A DNA stretch of 64,000 nt from Octopus sinensis (taxonomy: Eukaryota): NCBI RefSeq assembly GCF_006345805.1, contig NC_042997.1:148428001-148492000 (forward strand), read 5' to 3'. Shown here piece after piece: positions 1 to 11,060 of the stretch. A program made the position numbers and the translations under genes. Below the pieces are notes generated by a model, which saw nothing but the letters and a program-made list of their open reading frames with translations, had not been told where the DNA came from and did no database searches. The first letter of the stretch is position 1. Every line of letters begins with the position of its first letter.

Positions 1-1256
1 GGTTTACGAGCTGTCCACCGAGATAATACCGTTGAGGAGAGCAATGGAGACACAAATGGGTGAAGTTTAAAAAACGGGAAAGGTTCATTGGAGATATAGC
101 ATATAACATCAGTTTCGATCACTGATAAGGTGCGTTAATGAACACACGAATTGTTTCAGGTGTACTTACGAGATACATACTGAGTTTGTTGCACATATGA
201 TCTAACTGCAGTATCAATGCATTACAAAAGATTGTAGAAAACGTTTGCTACTGTTGGCAGTGCGCAAAGTGCGTACATTGGTAGCTGGCACTCAATTTGA
301 GGGGGGGGGGATAGTGTCGAAGTCTCTTCTAATGGACGCATTTGAAGTCAATGAAGATACACGTTTCGATATTACGAACTAGTACAGGGTTTGAATATGG
401 GTGTGTATTTCCTACTAGGAAATGAAGATTCAATGGGTATTTATCACAGGTTATCATTGCTGCAATCGTTCGTATTTAATTGACAGTACTTTGTGTCAAT
501 GTAAAGCTGTACGCATATTCACTGAAAGAGGGTAGGGCGAAAACTGAAAGAGTTAATGAATCTTTGTCAAGGTAGTAATTAACGAGACTGAAGCAACAAT
601 GAACAATACAATCACCCCATTCCTGAAAAACATTCGAAAACATACTTGTTTTATTTCCCGGTGAAGAAGTATGACAATTGCAATTGTTTCAATAAATAAG
701 GAAAGAGAACAATGCATGAAGCGAAGCCAATGGAATATATTATTATTTACCGTTGCTATGGGCACTACAGAATGACCTAGAATCTCCTTATTTGTGAATG
801 ATTTGGCATGAAATTCTAGGTTGTTACTGTCATAGTAATCTAATCTCATTCGCTCTCTCTCTCTCATACACACACATGTTATATACAGAGTACATACATA
901 TATACACATATATAAATAGATGTATATGTGTGCGTGCATATGTATGTTCATACATACGCCTACGCATATAAATATATGCGTGTGTGTATACATAAACATG
1001 AGGATATATATACATATACGTGCGTAAATACACACAGACACACACACAGATATATAACCACACATACACACACACACATATATATATACAAACCATTTAT
1101 TACATCTACACTTTTCAGTCGTGAACGTATTTATTAGTTTTCCTAGAAAAGTTTGACCGTGTCTTCATAATTATGTACGTATGCGTATATGTATATATGC
1201 ATGTATGCATGTATGTATGTATGTATGTACATATATATGCATACCTATACATGTGT

Positions 1257-1291
<35 letters not shown>

Positions 1292-1689
1292 GCATACATG
1301 TGTGCATGTGTGCATATCTTCGTGTATTAGTGTGTATGAGTGTTTTGGTGTGTCTGTGTGAAGGTGGGTACTGGAATTAGGAAAGAAAATAAGTGATACT
1401 GAGCGAGGAGTTAGGCAGACTGACAACCGGCAGGCGCACAGTAATTATAAAGAGATGTAGAAACCAGATAAGTAAATCAGAGAATGCTTAAATCCGGTAA
1501 ATTGATGTGGTATATTTTACCATACTTCCAATAAAAGTATAGACATAACAAAATTCGTATTTTGCGTTTGAACCAGAAAGAATTTTGCGTATACAGTTAA
1601 TGGTTAGATGAATTCCTTCAGATACCAAAAACAAGATTATTACTTACTGGACAATTGTATACAAGCACACACATTTATAAAGACGTTCC

Positions 1690-1720
<31 letters not shown>

Positions 1721-2114
1721 GGATACATACATTTACTTAATGTTCACAAATAGAAAAGGTAACGGTTTTCCGATTATTAACGAAAGACCACCAACGTGTA
1801 TTTCTCACTATTCGCAAGACTAAGTTATACATCAGCAACACGAAGAAAGTTTATATGTTGCTCATTAGACAAGCAACAACGGGAAATAATATACAATTGC
1901 TCATAGTCAAATTACATTTGCATGGCGTATCATGTTTGTTCCAAGGAGAAATAAAATGCGAACATCAGATGAAGCATAACAGTCACGCAAAGGCACAAAT
2001 GTATTCATCATCAACACCACCGTAAAAATCTTTTACTACTACTACTACTACTACTACTCTGCAAGTGACATGGTGACAGCTTACCCTGACGTGCTACGAT
2101 TAACACAATAATAA

Positions 2115-2149
<35 letters not shown>

Positions 2150-2169
2150 ATAATAATAATAATAATAAT

Positions 2170-2375
2170 TCTTTCTACTGTAAGAACAAGGCCTCAAATT
2201 TGGGGAAGGGGTTTACGTCGATCCAATCGATCCCAGTGCATAACTAATACTTAATTAATTGACTCCGAAAGAATGAAATGCAAAGTTGACCTTGGCGGAA
2301 TTTGAACTCAGAACGCAATGACGGACGGAATGCTATTAAGCAAAATGTTTAGTGACGGAATAACGATTCCACCAG
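2170..2375 (-). mobile_element. tRNA-derived SINE, family A (degenerate)
   Basis: Minus strand has the B-box-like ctgagttcaaattccgcc, the family-A core ttcattctttcggagtcaat, and tail ggccttgttcttacagtagaaag followed by (ATT)n. Homologous to the copy at 34182-34393. Confidence 0.8.
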
Positions 2376-2378
2376 CAA

Positions 2379-2425
<47 letters not shown>

Positions 2426-2427
<2 letters not shown>

Positions 2428-3840
2428 TTATTCATTTATTAGCCACAAGGGCTTACATAAAATTACATTAAGAGACATACAACAACATAAAAGACAAAAA
2501 CAGAACAATACAATTGATTTTATAACGTGCAAACTATATATAACGATTAAAAATTAAACAATTTAAAATTCCCAATAGGAGAGACGCATTAAGGACCTCG
2601 TGATGAAACCCACAAAAGTCACGGGTGCACGAACAACAGGGCAAGATGCCTTCTTTTGCTTACCGGTGCACGCTCATAATTGATCCTTTTACAATGGTCA
2701 TTCTTCCAACATTCACCCACCTTTCAACAAACTTGCTACAAGGCAACACTTCCCTTTCCACCCTCAACTTCCTTTTCAAGTGAAACTTGAAAAAGATGGG
2801 GCCTTGGCCAAAAATGAAAGTGCCAGTCTTTAGCACTTTCAAACAGGTCCACCATATTATCTTTTTCGCTACAGCCATTAGACAAATAACAGTTGCCTTC
2901 CTCTCCCGACACACAGAAGGCGGCGGGGCAATCTTCACAATGGATTCAGCTGATGGCCGGATTCGTCCTATGCGCAATAGAAGGTGTTCGACAGGAGAGC
3001 TATACTCAGGCACTGGACTAGGGTGTGCAGAACGGTTTCATCGTTCTGGGCGCATCTCGGAAAGGCCCGGCTGACGGCACTTTCGTGCCTGTAAAGTTTA
3101 TTTCGGACAGGTAGCGCCCCTAATTACTGTCAGGAAGGGATTTCTGGACGCTGTCGATAGGCCCAGGTCCGAAAGTCCTCCGAAACAGACCGGTTTGTTG
3201 ATCTTCATCGATGCCCAGATTTTGCACGAGAATTCGTCGCACTTTTCCTCCACTAGCCCTGTATAGAGCGCTAGATTAGGACTACAACTACCAGCAACCG
3301 CACTGCCCGCCTGTCGGAGGGTTGTGAGAGCTTGACGGCACTCGCCGTGCCAAGCGCCCCTCCTCGGTCTACGCCTATAATCCAAGATTGCAACTCATTC
3401 AAAGAGACGAGCTCTGAAAAAGCATGTCTTACAAACGGTGACCACACCTGCTAATCGTCAAGGAAAGTAAGTGCAGTAATAGATGACGAATGCGATGAAC
3501 GCATTCGGCACCAGAGTTCGACCTTTCTCTCGGCCCATTTCTGGGGGAGATTGGGTACCCTGCTCGTCACCTCGTCCCAGTTCTCTACCTGGGAGTCCAG
3601 ACCAAATCAAACTCCGAACAACTACTGTCCAGCACCCTACCACGCTGTTGGACGGCATAGATTTGCTTCTCCAGGTGCCGAGTTGCAAGCCAAGCCCACT
3701 GATTTTCCTGTGTTAATTTTGGCTCCTGTCACCGCTTCATATATCTGTATTGTTTCGCCTATCATGTCTATATATCTATGGTTCGACAGTTTGACGGTGA
3801 CATCATCAGCGTAAACACACGCACTTCTGCCACATCCTGA
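2426..3840 (-). mobile_element. 5'-truncated Tx1/L1-group LINE (RT C-terminal half, zf-RVT, 3' UTR)
   Basis: Minus strand translates VYADDVTV (YADD at 3802-3813), YEAVTGAKINTGKS, then GALPVRNKLYRH..PRCAQNDETVLHTLVQC (zinc-knuckle-like) and FFKFHLKRKLRVER. The 3' UTR ends aataaatgaataa plus a (TTA)n tail. Several frameshifts and stops. Confidence 0.9.
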
Positions 3841-4744
3841 TAATAAAACACGTGGAAAAAGAAAAACTGTTTCTTGTTTTTAAGGAAGCTGAGAAATACA
3901 AAAAGAAATCATAGTGCTGACCATTATGAAGAAAATTTTGCATATGCCTCTGAGCAAGTATCGCCAAGCTTTGGGCAAAATTTGATGCAAGTTTTTGCTC
4001 AGCCTCATCTGTGATGGTAAATGCGGCGATCAAACGGTACACACATTCCTTCCAAGCACTGCTGTAAACAGCAGAAATGAGGTAGAAAATTAAAACTAAA
4101 TGCAAATGAACAGCAGAGTTCAAGGTCAATCTTTCTCAAGCGGTTTCACCCTACGTGTTTTAGTTTCAGAACTACAGCGACAGTCCGGTTACTTATTGAT
4201 CAGAACTCGTAAGCTTATTGCAACTTTCGGTTTCATATATTATTATAACAGATCTGCCTATTAACTCAATCAGTGACAGTTTGCTGACTGCAAAAATAAT
4301 AAGAGAACTCTATTCGAAGTGATTCCATCGTTCCTCACTTCCAGTGTTTCATGCTGAGGCGGGAATGTAAGCATGAATTAGTCTGGTTGGAGTGGCTAGC
4401 TTTCTTACGGGTTCGAATATGCTTGAGGTATATTCGAACTGGTTGTATGTTTATATATATAAGAATAAGATCTAAATATAACTTTTATATTTGCTCCACT
4501 GCTAAAACTGTTTGCGTTGTTTGTGGTTTATTGTGGTTTCTGTTTTTGAATGCTACATAAATTTTCGACAAATAATCCTCGTTAAAATCAGTGAGAGACT
4601 TGGATATGTACTAAGCTGGATATGTTCAATCTATCACTTCATGACTTTGTTCCATTATGGATGTATTACAGTGATGGAATATTGAAGTAACTCATACGCA
4701 CACATATGCATACATGGCGAATGCACACTCACACGCACATATGA

Positions 4745-5075
<331 letters not shown>

Positions 5076-6005
5076 TGTACTATAGATATGTGAAGAGAGA
5101 AAGAGAGAGAGAGTGAGAGCAAGAACGGAATTGCGGGAATGAAAAAGAGCTTATTGTTTATGTGTCTGGTCATTTATCCAGAGGAGACAGATAAACTTAT
5201 TTAAGCAAGTGCTTTCCTCCGATACATTATCACTATAGAGCTGAATCCATATTGAAAGCATATGTGATCAGAAATAACATTCATGAAAATGTAAACATGA
5301 CGCCTAACAACAGGCTGTTATAAACCAGCCTTAGTGTATATTTGCAGAGTTCATCGAAAGAAGCATTTAACTCTAGAATATTCTCGGCGATCCTATGTAG
5401 GCTCTATATCCCTAACCCACGTGCGTTTTCGTTGTTGTTGTTCTTCCTTTGTCTTCTGTTTTTCTAACCACCCTCCTTAGACATTCTTGATTTACACTTC
5501 CTACCAAAGACCATATCCATTTCAATATTTCAAGTAACATTGCTTGTACAGTATGATTGCTAAAACAATAAACTTTGTGCTGCCTGTGCAAAAACACTTG
5601 CCGTCTATAATAGCTGCAGGGAATGCCAAGTTGAAAACTTACTAATGTTTACTCAAATCTTACACAAATGGAAGCTACTGCTATCCACTTCAAACATTAA
5701 TATATATCTAACAGTACTGTTGTTTTCCCTTCTAAATACAGCTTCACATTTTCACTCTAGTCATAATATATATGAACTATTATCGTATTTTGCTAAGTAG
5801 TAGCAGTAAGATATAAGAGATTATACCAATGTATTTTATTGCATCAATTATTCGATGGGAGATATGATGATATAACCTATATATATATATATATGTATGT
5901 ATATATAAATCTTGCTACAAAAAGCCTTACACACACAAAAAGTATGCACACAGCCTTAGACACAACAGTTATATATATAATTTATATATATATACATGTA
6001 AATAC

Positions 6006-6101
<96 letters not shown>

Positions 6102-6535
6102 ATATATATACAGACACAGAGGCGTGCACATACGCACACACACACAGACACACATAACGGATATATTTAGTTATGTGGTTGGAGCGTAGATGTATATGCA
6201 TATACACCTAAACTTGGAGGTTACATATCAGAATATCTGATTCATAAAAATATAAGTTGGCTACAGGCAATGTTGAGGTAGAGCGGATGTCAGTATGGCA
6301 GAATAAACTCTGAACAGGCGGAAGCAAACCTGGAAATCGTTTATTGCAAGTTGTGCAGAAGTAGAAAAATATATAAATCTTATATATAAATCTGGAGGGT
6401 AATAGTTTATAGTGAATAAAAGCACAAATGCCTACATACATACATAAATACACACACACGCATATATATATATATATAAATAGAGATGTATATATATATG
6501 TTCATACAAAAATAGGGATGTATATGTATACATGC

Positions 6536-6567
<32 letters not shown>

Positions 6568-7177
6568 GTGTATGTATATATATGTATATATATATATGTA
6601 TATATATATATGTATATATATACGTGTGTGTATATATATGTTTATATATATACATATGTGTGTGTGCGTGCGTCTGTGTGTATGTGTGTTTGTGTATAAT
6701 TCATATGTGTACCTATTTCAAGAGCCTTTTCATCTTTCCTGGTATTGTTTTGATACTCATATGGACGTAGATATGAATTAATTCAGAAATTCAATATGTC
6801 TAACATATTCGATTTATTGAAAGCGATTTTTACAACCAATTCCATTTCAAATTCTCAATATTTCGTTCAAGTTTTATTTTGATTTTCTGCGCAAAATGAA
6901 AAATGTTTACTGGTTGTAATTATAGTTGTTATATGCATCATCGTTTGTTCCTAAATGTAAAAAAAAAAAAAGTGAATTGCATAATATTAACTAGGTTTTA
7001 TGAAATTCACTATTTCTTATTAAGAAAATTCACGATAAATTACAGAAAAAAATTCGAAAACACTTTATATCTCTAAACTCTTTGTTGCAACATGAATAAT
7101 ATTTCCTCAATATGTCTGCGAAATCGGTACATCTGAAATAGATATTTCTGGGTTTAATATTTGATATACATATCTGT

Positions 7178-7245
<68 letters not shown>

Positions 7246-7269
7246 ATGTGTTTATATATAAAACAGTCT

Positions 7270-7400
7270 TCGAGTTTCCGTCTAGCAAACCCACTCACAT
7301 CTCTTTGGTCGGCCCAAGGCTACAGTAGAAGACAATAGAAGACACTTCTCCAAGATGGTACGTAGTCGGACTGAACGCGGAATCATGCAGTTGGAAATAT
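7270..7400 (-). mobile_element. tRNA-derived SINE, family B (fragment)
   Basis: Matches family-B core gtttccgtctagcaaacccactcac..ggtcggcccaaggctacagtagaagac in minus orientation. Confidence 0.7.
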
Positions 7401-7582
7401 GTATGTATGCATACATGTGTTTGTATAAGTATGTGTTTGTGTGCAGGCGTGTCTCTGTGTGCTTGCGTGCATGTATACCTAAAAACTGTTTTAAAATGAC
7501 ATAGCGAATGCTTTGATGTGTTGTTTCTTCCTTTGACATAGCCTCCCTCAGTTGTGGCCGAAATATAACTGAGCATACTTAA

Positions 7583-7702
<120 letters not shown>

Positions 7703-8645
7703 CCATAAATATATTACTAAACACAAATAGTATTTAAATTGTAAACGCCTTTTGTGTTTACATCTTTTTGTTAAACCACACCAATTATCCAACGGTAAGT
7801 CTCGTTTTGCAAATTCGAAATTGTACTTGTATATCCATATCTAAACTATACTGACAAACGCCTGAAGTCGACAATGCTGTTTTATTTCACTGTGATCTGA
7901 ACGATATATGTACCAGACGTGAAATATAACTGACGTTGATGTAATCGAGTATATATCCTTTTTTTTTATTATAGGCCTTCGTTATTACATTCCAATTTAT
8001 TTAGATTATATATTTACGTATTTGTGTTGGGTTGTATATTTCCCGATAGAATATGAGGACATATTACAAAGCAAAAAAGTAAAGGGAAAAATGAATTTTG
8101 AAACCTGAAGTTTTAATTTTAGTTTATACAATGATATATTGATCATGTTTTAGAGGTAATCAATTATGTGGAACATCCTCTCATAGATTACTGCCTGATA
8201 GCCGTTACCCTGTCATAGGAAAGTATCGATTCACTGTTACTTGTACATTAAAATTTCTGTAACATGCGAGAGATTATTGGGGACTCACGAATGAAAGCTA
8301 CGTAATTCGACCACGTAGTTTAAATTGCGTTTGCAAGCAAAGTCGCCGATCTATATTTACTAAAAGCATTCGTGTATTTAGGATACATCACTCGTACTTT
8401 CCAAAGACTGTATGATAAAAGCTCGTTTAAGTAGGAATTATTAGTCAAATAATGTTCAGATATCGAACGTATCACTTTCTGAAGTTTCGTATTGTGTTTT
8501 CACTTCCTTTTATTTTAATCTAAATAAACGTAATATCAATAACTACATTCATTTTCAGTATACGCTATTTTGCAGTTTAGGCAAATACTTTTGATGAGGT
8601 GCAATTCTTGTGACGTATGCGAAATTCTAAGTAACGATGATTTTA

Positions 8646-9205
8646 TTGGGTTGTCCGGAAACTTCGTGCCGATTTATAGTAGCTTAAATATCAACTTATT
8701 TTAGAACATGGTTAAGTCCATAAAATAGGATTTGACTACACCACCATTTAGAGCACAGCTATCTTTTCGTGGAAGAAGGTTTATGTTCCTATAACCTGTG
8801 TTAATTCTGTTATCCTTTAAAATGGAAGATAAGAAAGTTCATTTTCGGCACTTGATGCTTTGGGAACCAGACAAAAATTGCTGCAGCTTGGCTAGGATGT
8901 GTTACCACACCCTCCATATTCACCAGATATTGCTCCATCGGATTTCCACTTATTCATGTCTCTGGAGAATAGACTTAATGGTAAAAATTTCAATTCCTTA
9001 GATGGCGTAAAAAGATATCTTGATGAATTCTTTGCCATGAAGCCCCCTTAATTCTGGGAAGAGGGTATTTTCCAGTTAAAGGAAAGATGGAGACGCATTG
9101 TGCAATAAAATATTTCATATTTGTTTGTTTAAAAATGTAATGGCAAGTATTTATTGACCTTTTTCTTTCCTTTAAAAATCGGCACGAACTTTCCGGACAA
9201 TCCAA
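8646..9205 (+). mobile_element. internally deleted mariner element (560 bp)
   Basis: 30-bp TIRs at 8646-8675 and 9176-9205 (2 mismatches), TA on both sides. Transposase N-terminus MEDKKVHFRHLMLWE (from 8822) is joined directly to the C-terminus PHPPYSPDIAPSDFHLF..LKERW, which carries the mariner YSPDLAPSD motif. Confidence 0.93.
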
Positions 9206-9277
9206 TATTTAGCTTTCGATTCAGTGGATAAAGGCATATATCATAGTCATAAAATGTAATATGTTTTATTATATATT

Positions 9278-9394
9278 GATGGCGGCGAGCTGGGCAAAAT
9301 GCTTAGTAGCATTTTTCTGAGTTCAAATATTGTCGAGGTCGACTTTTACTTCTATCTCTTTGGGCTTGATAAAACAAGTATCAGTTGAACACCG
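9278..9394 (+). mobile_element. SINE family A (degenerate, internally deleted)
   Basis: ggcggcgagctgg head, ctgagttcaaat B-box and gaggtcgactttt core. Confidence 0.7.
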
Positions 9395-9436
9395 AACTTG
9401 CTTGCATTGTGTCAGTATTTGAATCCAATATATTCT

Positions 9437-9784
9437 TTTATTTGTTTCAGTCATTTGAGTGCGCCCATGATGGAGCACCGCCTTTAGTTGAACAAATCGA
9501 CCTCAGGACGTACTTGTTCTATCGATATCTTTGGCCGAATTGTCAGGTTATGGGGACGTAAAGCCACCAGCATCGGTTGTCAAGTGATGTCGGGGGGGGG
9601 GTGGACAGACACACAGACACATATTTACGACGGGCTTCTTTCAGTTTCCATCTACCAAATCTACTCACAAAGCTGTCGTTGGCCCGAAGCTATATTAGTT
9701 GCCCAAGGTGCCACGCAGTGGGACTGAACCCGGAACCATGTGGTTGGTAAGCAAGCTACGTACCACACAGCCACGCCTGCGCCT
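9437..9784 (-). mobile_element. tRNA-derived SINE, family B (near full length)
   Basis: Minus strand: ggcgcaggcgtggctgtgtgg (A-box-like), ggttcagtccc (B-box-like), ggcaccttgggcaa core, short internal CA/TA tract, 3' end ggtgctccatcatgggcgcactcaaatgactgaaac. Confidence 0.88.
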
Positions 9785-10079
9785 ATATATTACTGCAATT
9801 TAAAATGTAAAAGACAAAGTATATCTGACGTCTTACTTTTGATATTCCAAGTCCATTTGTACTAAATGTATTAAACTAAAATACTATTTTTCCCTGTTGA
9901 TAAAATTCGCATATTATTTTACTGTTTGTCAATATGTACCAAATAACTGTTATTGTGAGAGGAAATAACTGGCTTTTTCTAGATAAACTTCGAACATTAA
10001 AGAAAATGAATTACTTTTGGCTGGTACCAATCTTATGTATTATTAGAATATGAAACAATACACCAGTTTCATATTGTTC

Positions 10080-10245
10080 TATATTTAAGAGATGAGGCAT
10101 TATGTACATTATTTACATTTGACGGATATTTGACCTCATCTTGTTTCTTGTTAACACAACGTTTCGGCTGATATACCCTATAGCCTTCATCAGGTGTCTT
10201 GCGGAAATGTTGAACCTGGGTTCTCATTCCTTAGGTATTTTTCGA

Positions 10246-10250
<5 letters not shown>
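10080..10250 (-). mobile_element. hammerhead-containing repeat module (left copy)
   Basis: Inverted homolog of 10918-11060; contains an intact hammerhead core. Confidence 0.8.
10153..10198 (-). ncRNA. minimal type I hammerhead ribozyme (intact core)
   Basis: GACAC-CUGAUGA-A-GGCU(12 nt)AGCC-GAAA-CGU-U-GUGUU. Stem I ACAC/GUGU, stem II GGCU/AGCC, palindromic ACGU stem III. Predicted cut after GUU, between 10158 and 10157. Confidence 0.75.
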
Positions 10251-10310
<60 letters not shown>

Positions 10311-10315
<5 letters not shown>

Positions 10316-10457
10316 TAGTTTTATTTTTATAGCGTGCTTTCACTTCACTACCGAGTGCAGCTCTGTGTGCCTTGGGTATGTGCTGTGATTTGTTGTGATG
10401 CTCTGATGGTTATTGTATGGAAAGTGTTCTGCGTAGGATGTGTGCAGTACCTAGTAT
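10311..10457 (-). mobile_element. 3' end of an R4/Dong-like RLE LINE inside a (TAA)n tract
   Basis: Minus strand 10457-10410 encodes ILGTAHILRRTLSIQ*, resembling the R4/Dong C-terminal LGTA.I.R motif. It is followed by a ~100 bp 3' UTR and flanked by (TAA)n on both sides. Confidence 0.7.
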
Positions 10458-10465
10458 TATTATTA

Positions 10466-10530
<65 letters not shown>

Positions 10531-10577
10531 GTTGTTGTTGCTGTTGTTGTTGTTGTTGTTGTTGTTGTTATCATTAT

Positions 10578-10663
10578 TCAGGTCACTGCCTGGAATCGAA
10601 CTGTGCTTAAGAGCGCGGGCTACTAACCCAAGGTTCTGAGTTCGATTCCAGTCAGTGACCTGA
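10578..10663. mobile_element. head-to-head pair of short tRNA(Ser-like)-derived SINE heads
   Basis: 25-bp inverted arms at 10578-10602 and 10639-10663 (24/25 match) contain a B-box-like agttcgattcc. The plus copy keeps an anticodon-arm-like gggctactaaccc. Each arm is followed by (AAT)n on its own strand. Confidence 0.7.
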
Positions 10664-10670
10664 ATAATAC

Positions 10671-10740
<70 letters not shown>

Positions 10741-10744
10741 TATG

Positions 10745-10808
<64 letters not shown>

Positions 10809-10845
10809 TAATAATAATAATGATAATAATAAAAATAGTAATATC
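10664..10845 (+). repeat. (AAT)n microsatellite
   Basis: Read directly; opposite polarity to the (TAT)n tracts at 10247-10311 and 10456-10577. Confidence 0.95.
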
Positions 10846-10917
10846 ATCTGTCTGGACAACCCAATAAAAGCATCATTACTTAGAATTTCGCGTACGTCAC
10901 TAGAATTGCACCTCAAT

Positions 10918-11060
10918 AATATACCTTAGGACTGAGAACCCTGGTTCGTAATTTCCCCAAGACACCTGATTAAGGCTGGAGAATATATCAACTGAAACGT
11001 TGTGTTAACAACAAACAAGAGGAGGACAAATATCCGTCAAATGTAAGTAATGTAAATAAA
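10918..11060 (+). mobile_element. hammerhead-containing repeat module (right copy, mutated core)
   Basis: ataccttagga.tgagaacc..ggttc..atttcc.caagacacctgat.aaggct..gaaacgttgtgttaaca..aaacaaga.gagg.caaatatccgtcaaatgtaa is shared with 10080-10250. The core at 10961-11006 reads CUGAUUA and stem II is damaged. Confidence 0.8.

Noticed and set aside
5540-5650. FPAAIIDGK on minus, reminiscent of the Harbinger transposase FP..IDGKH motif
   Set aside because: Spacing of the following motifs does not fit, and there are no TIRs.
10603-10663. Functional tRNA gene
   Set aside because: The 5' acceptor and D-arm portion is missing and the 3' end runs into (AAT)n; it is a SINE head.
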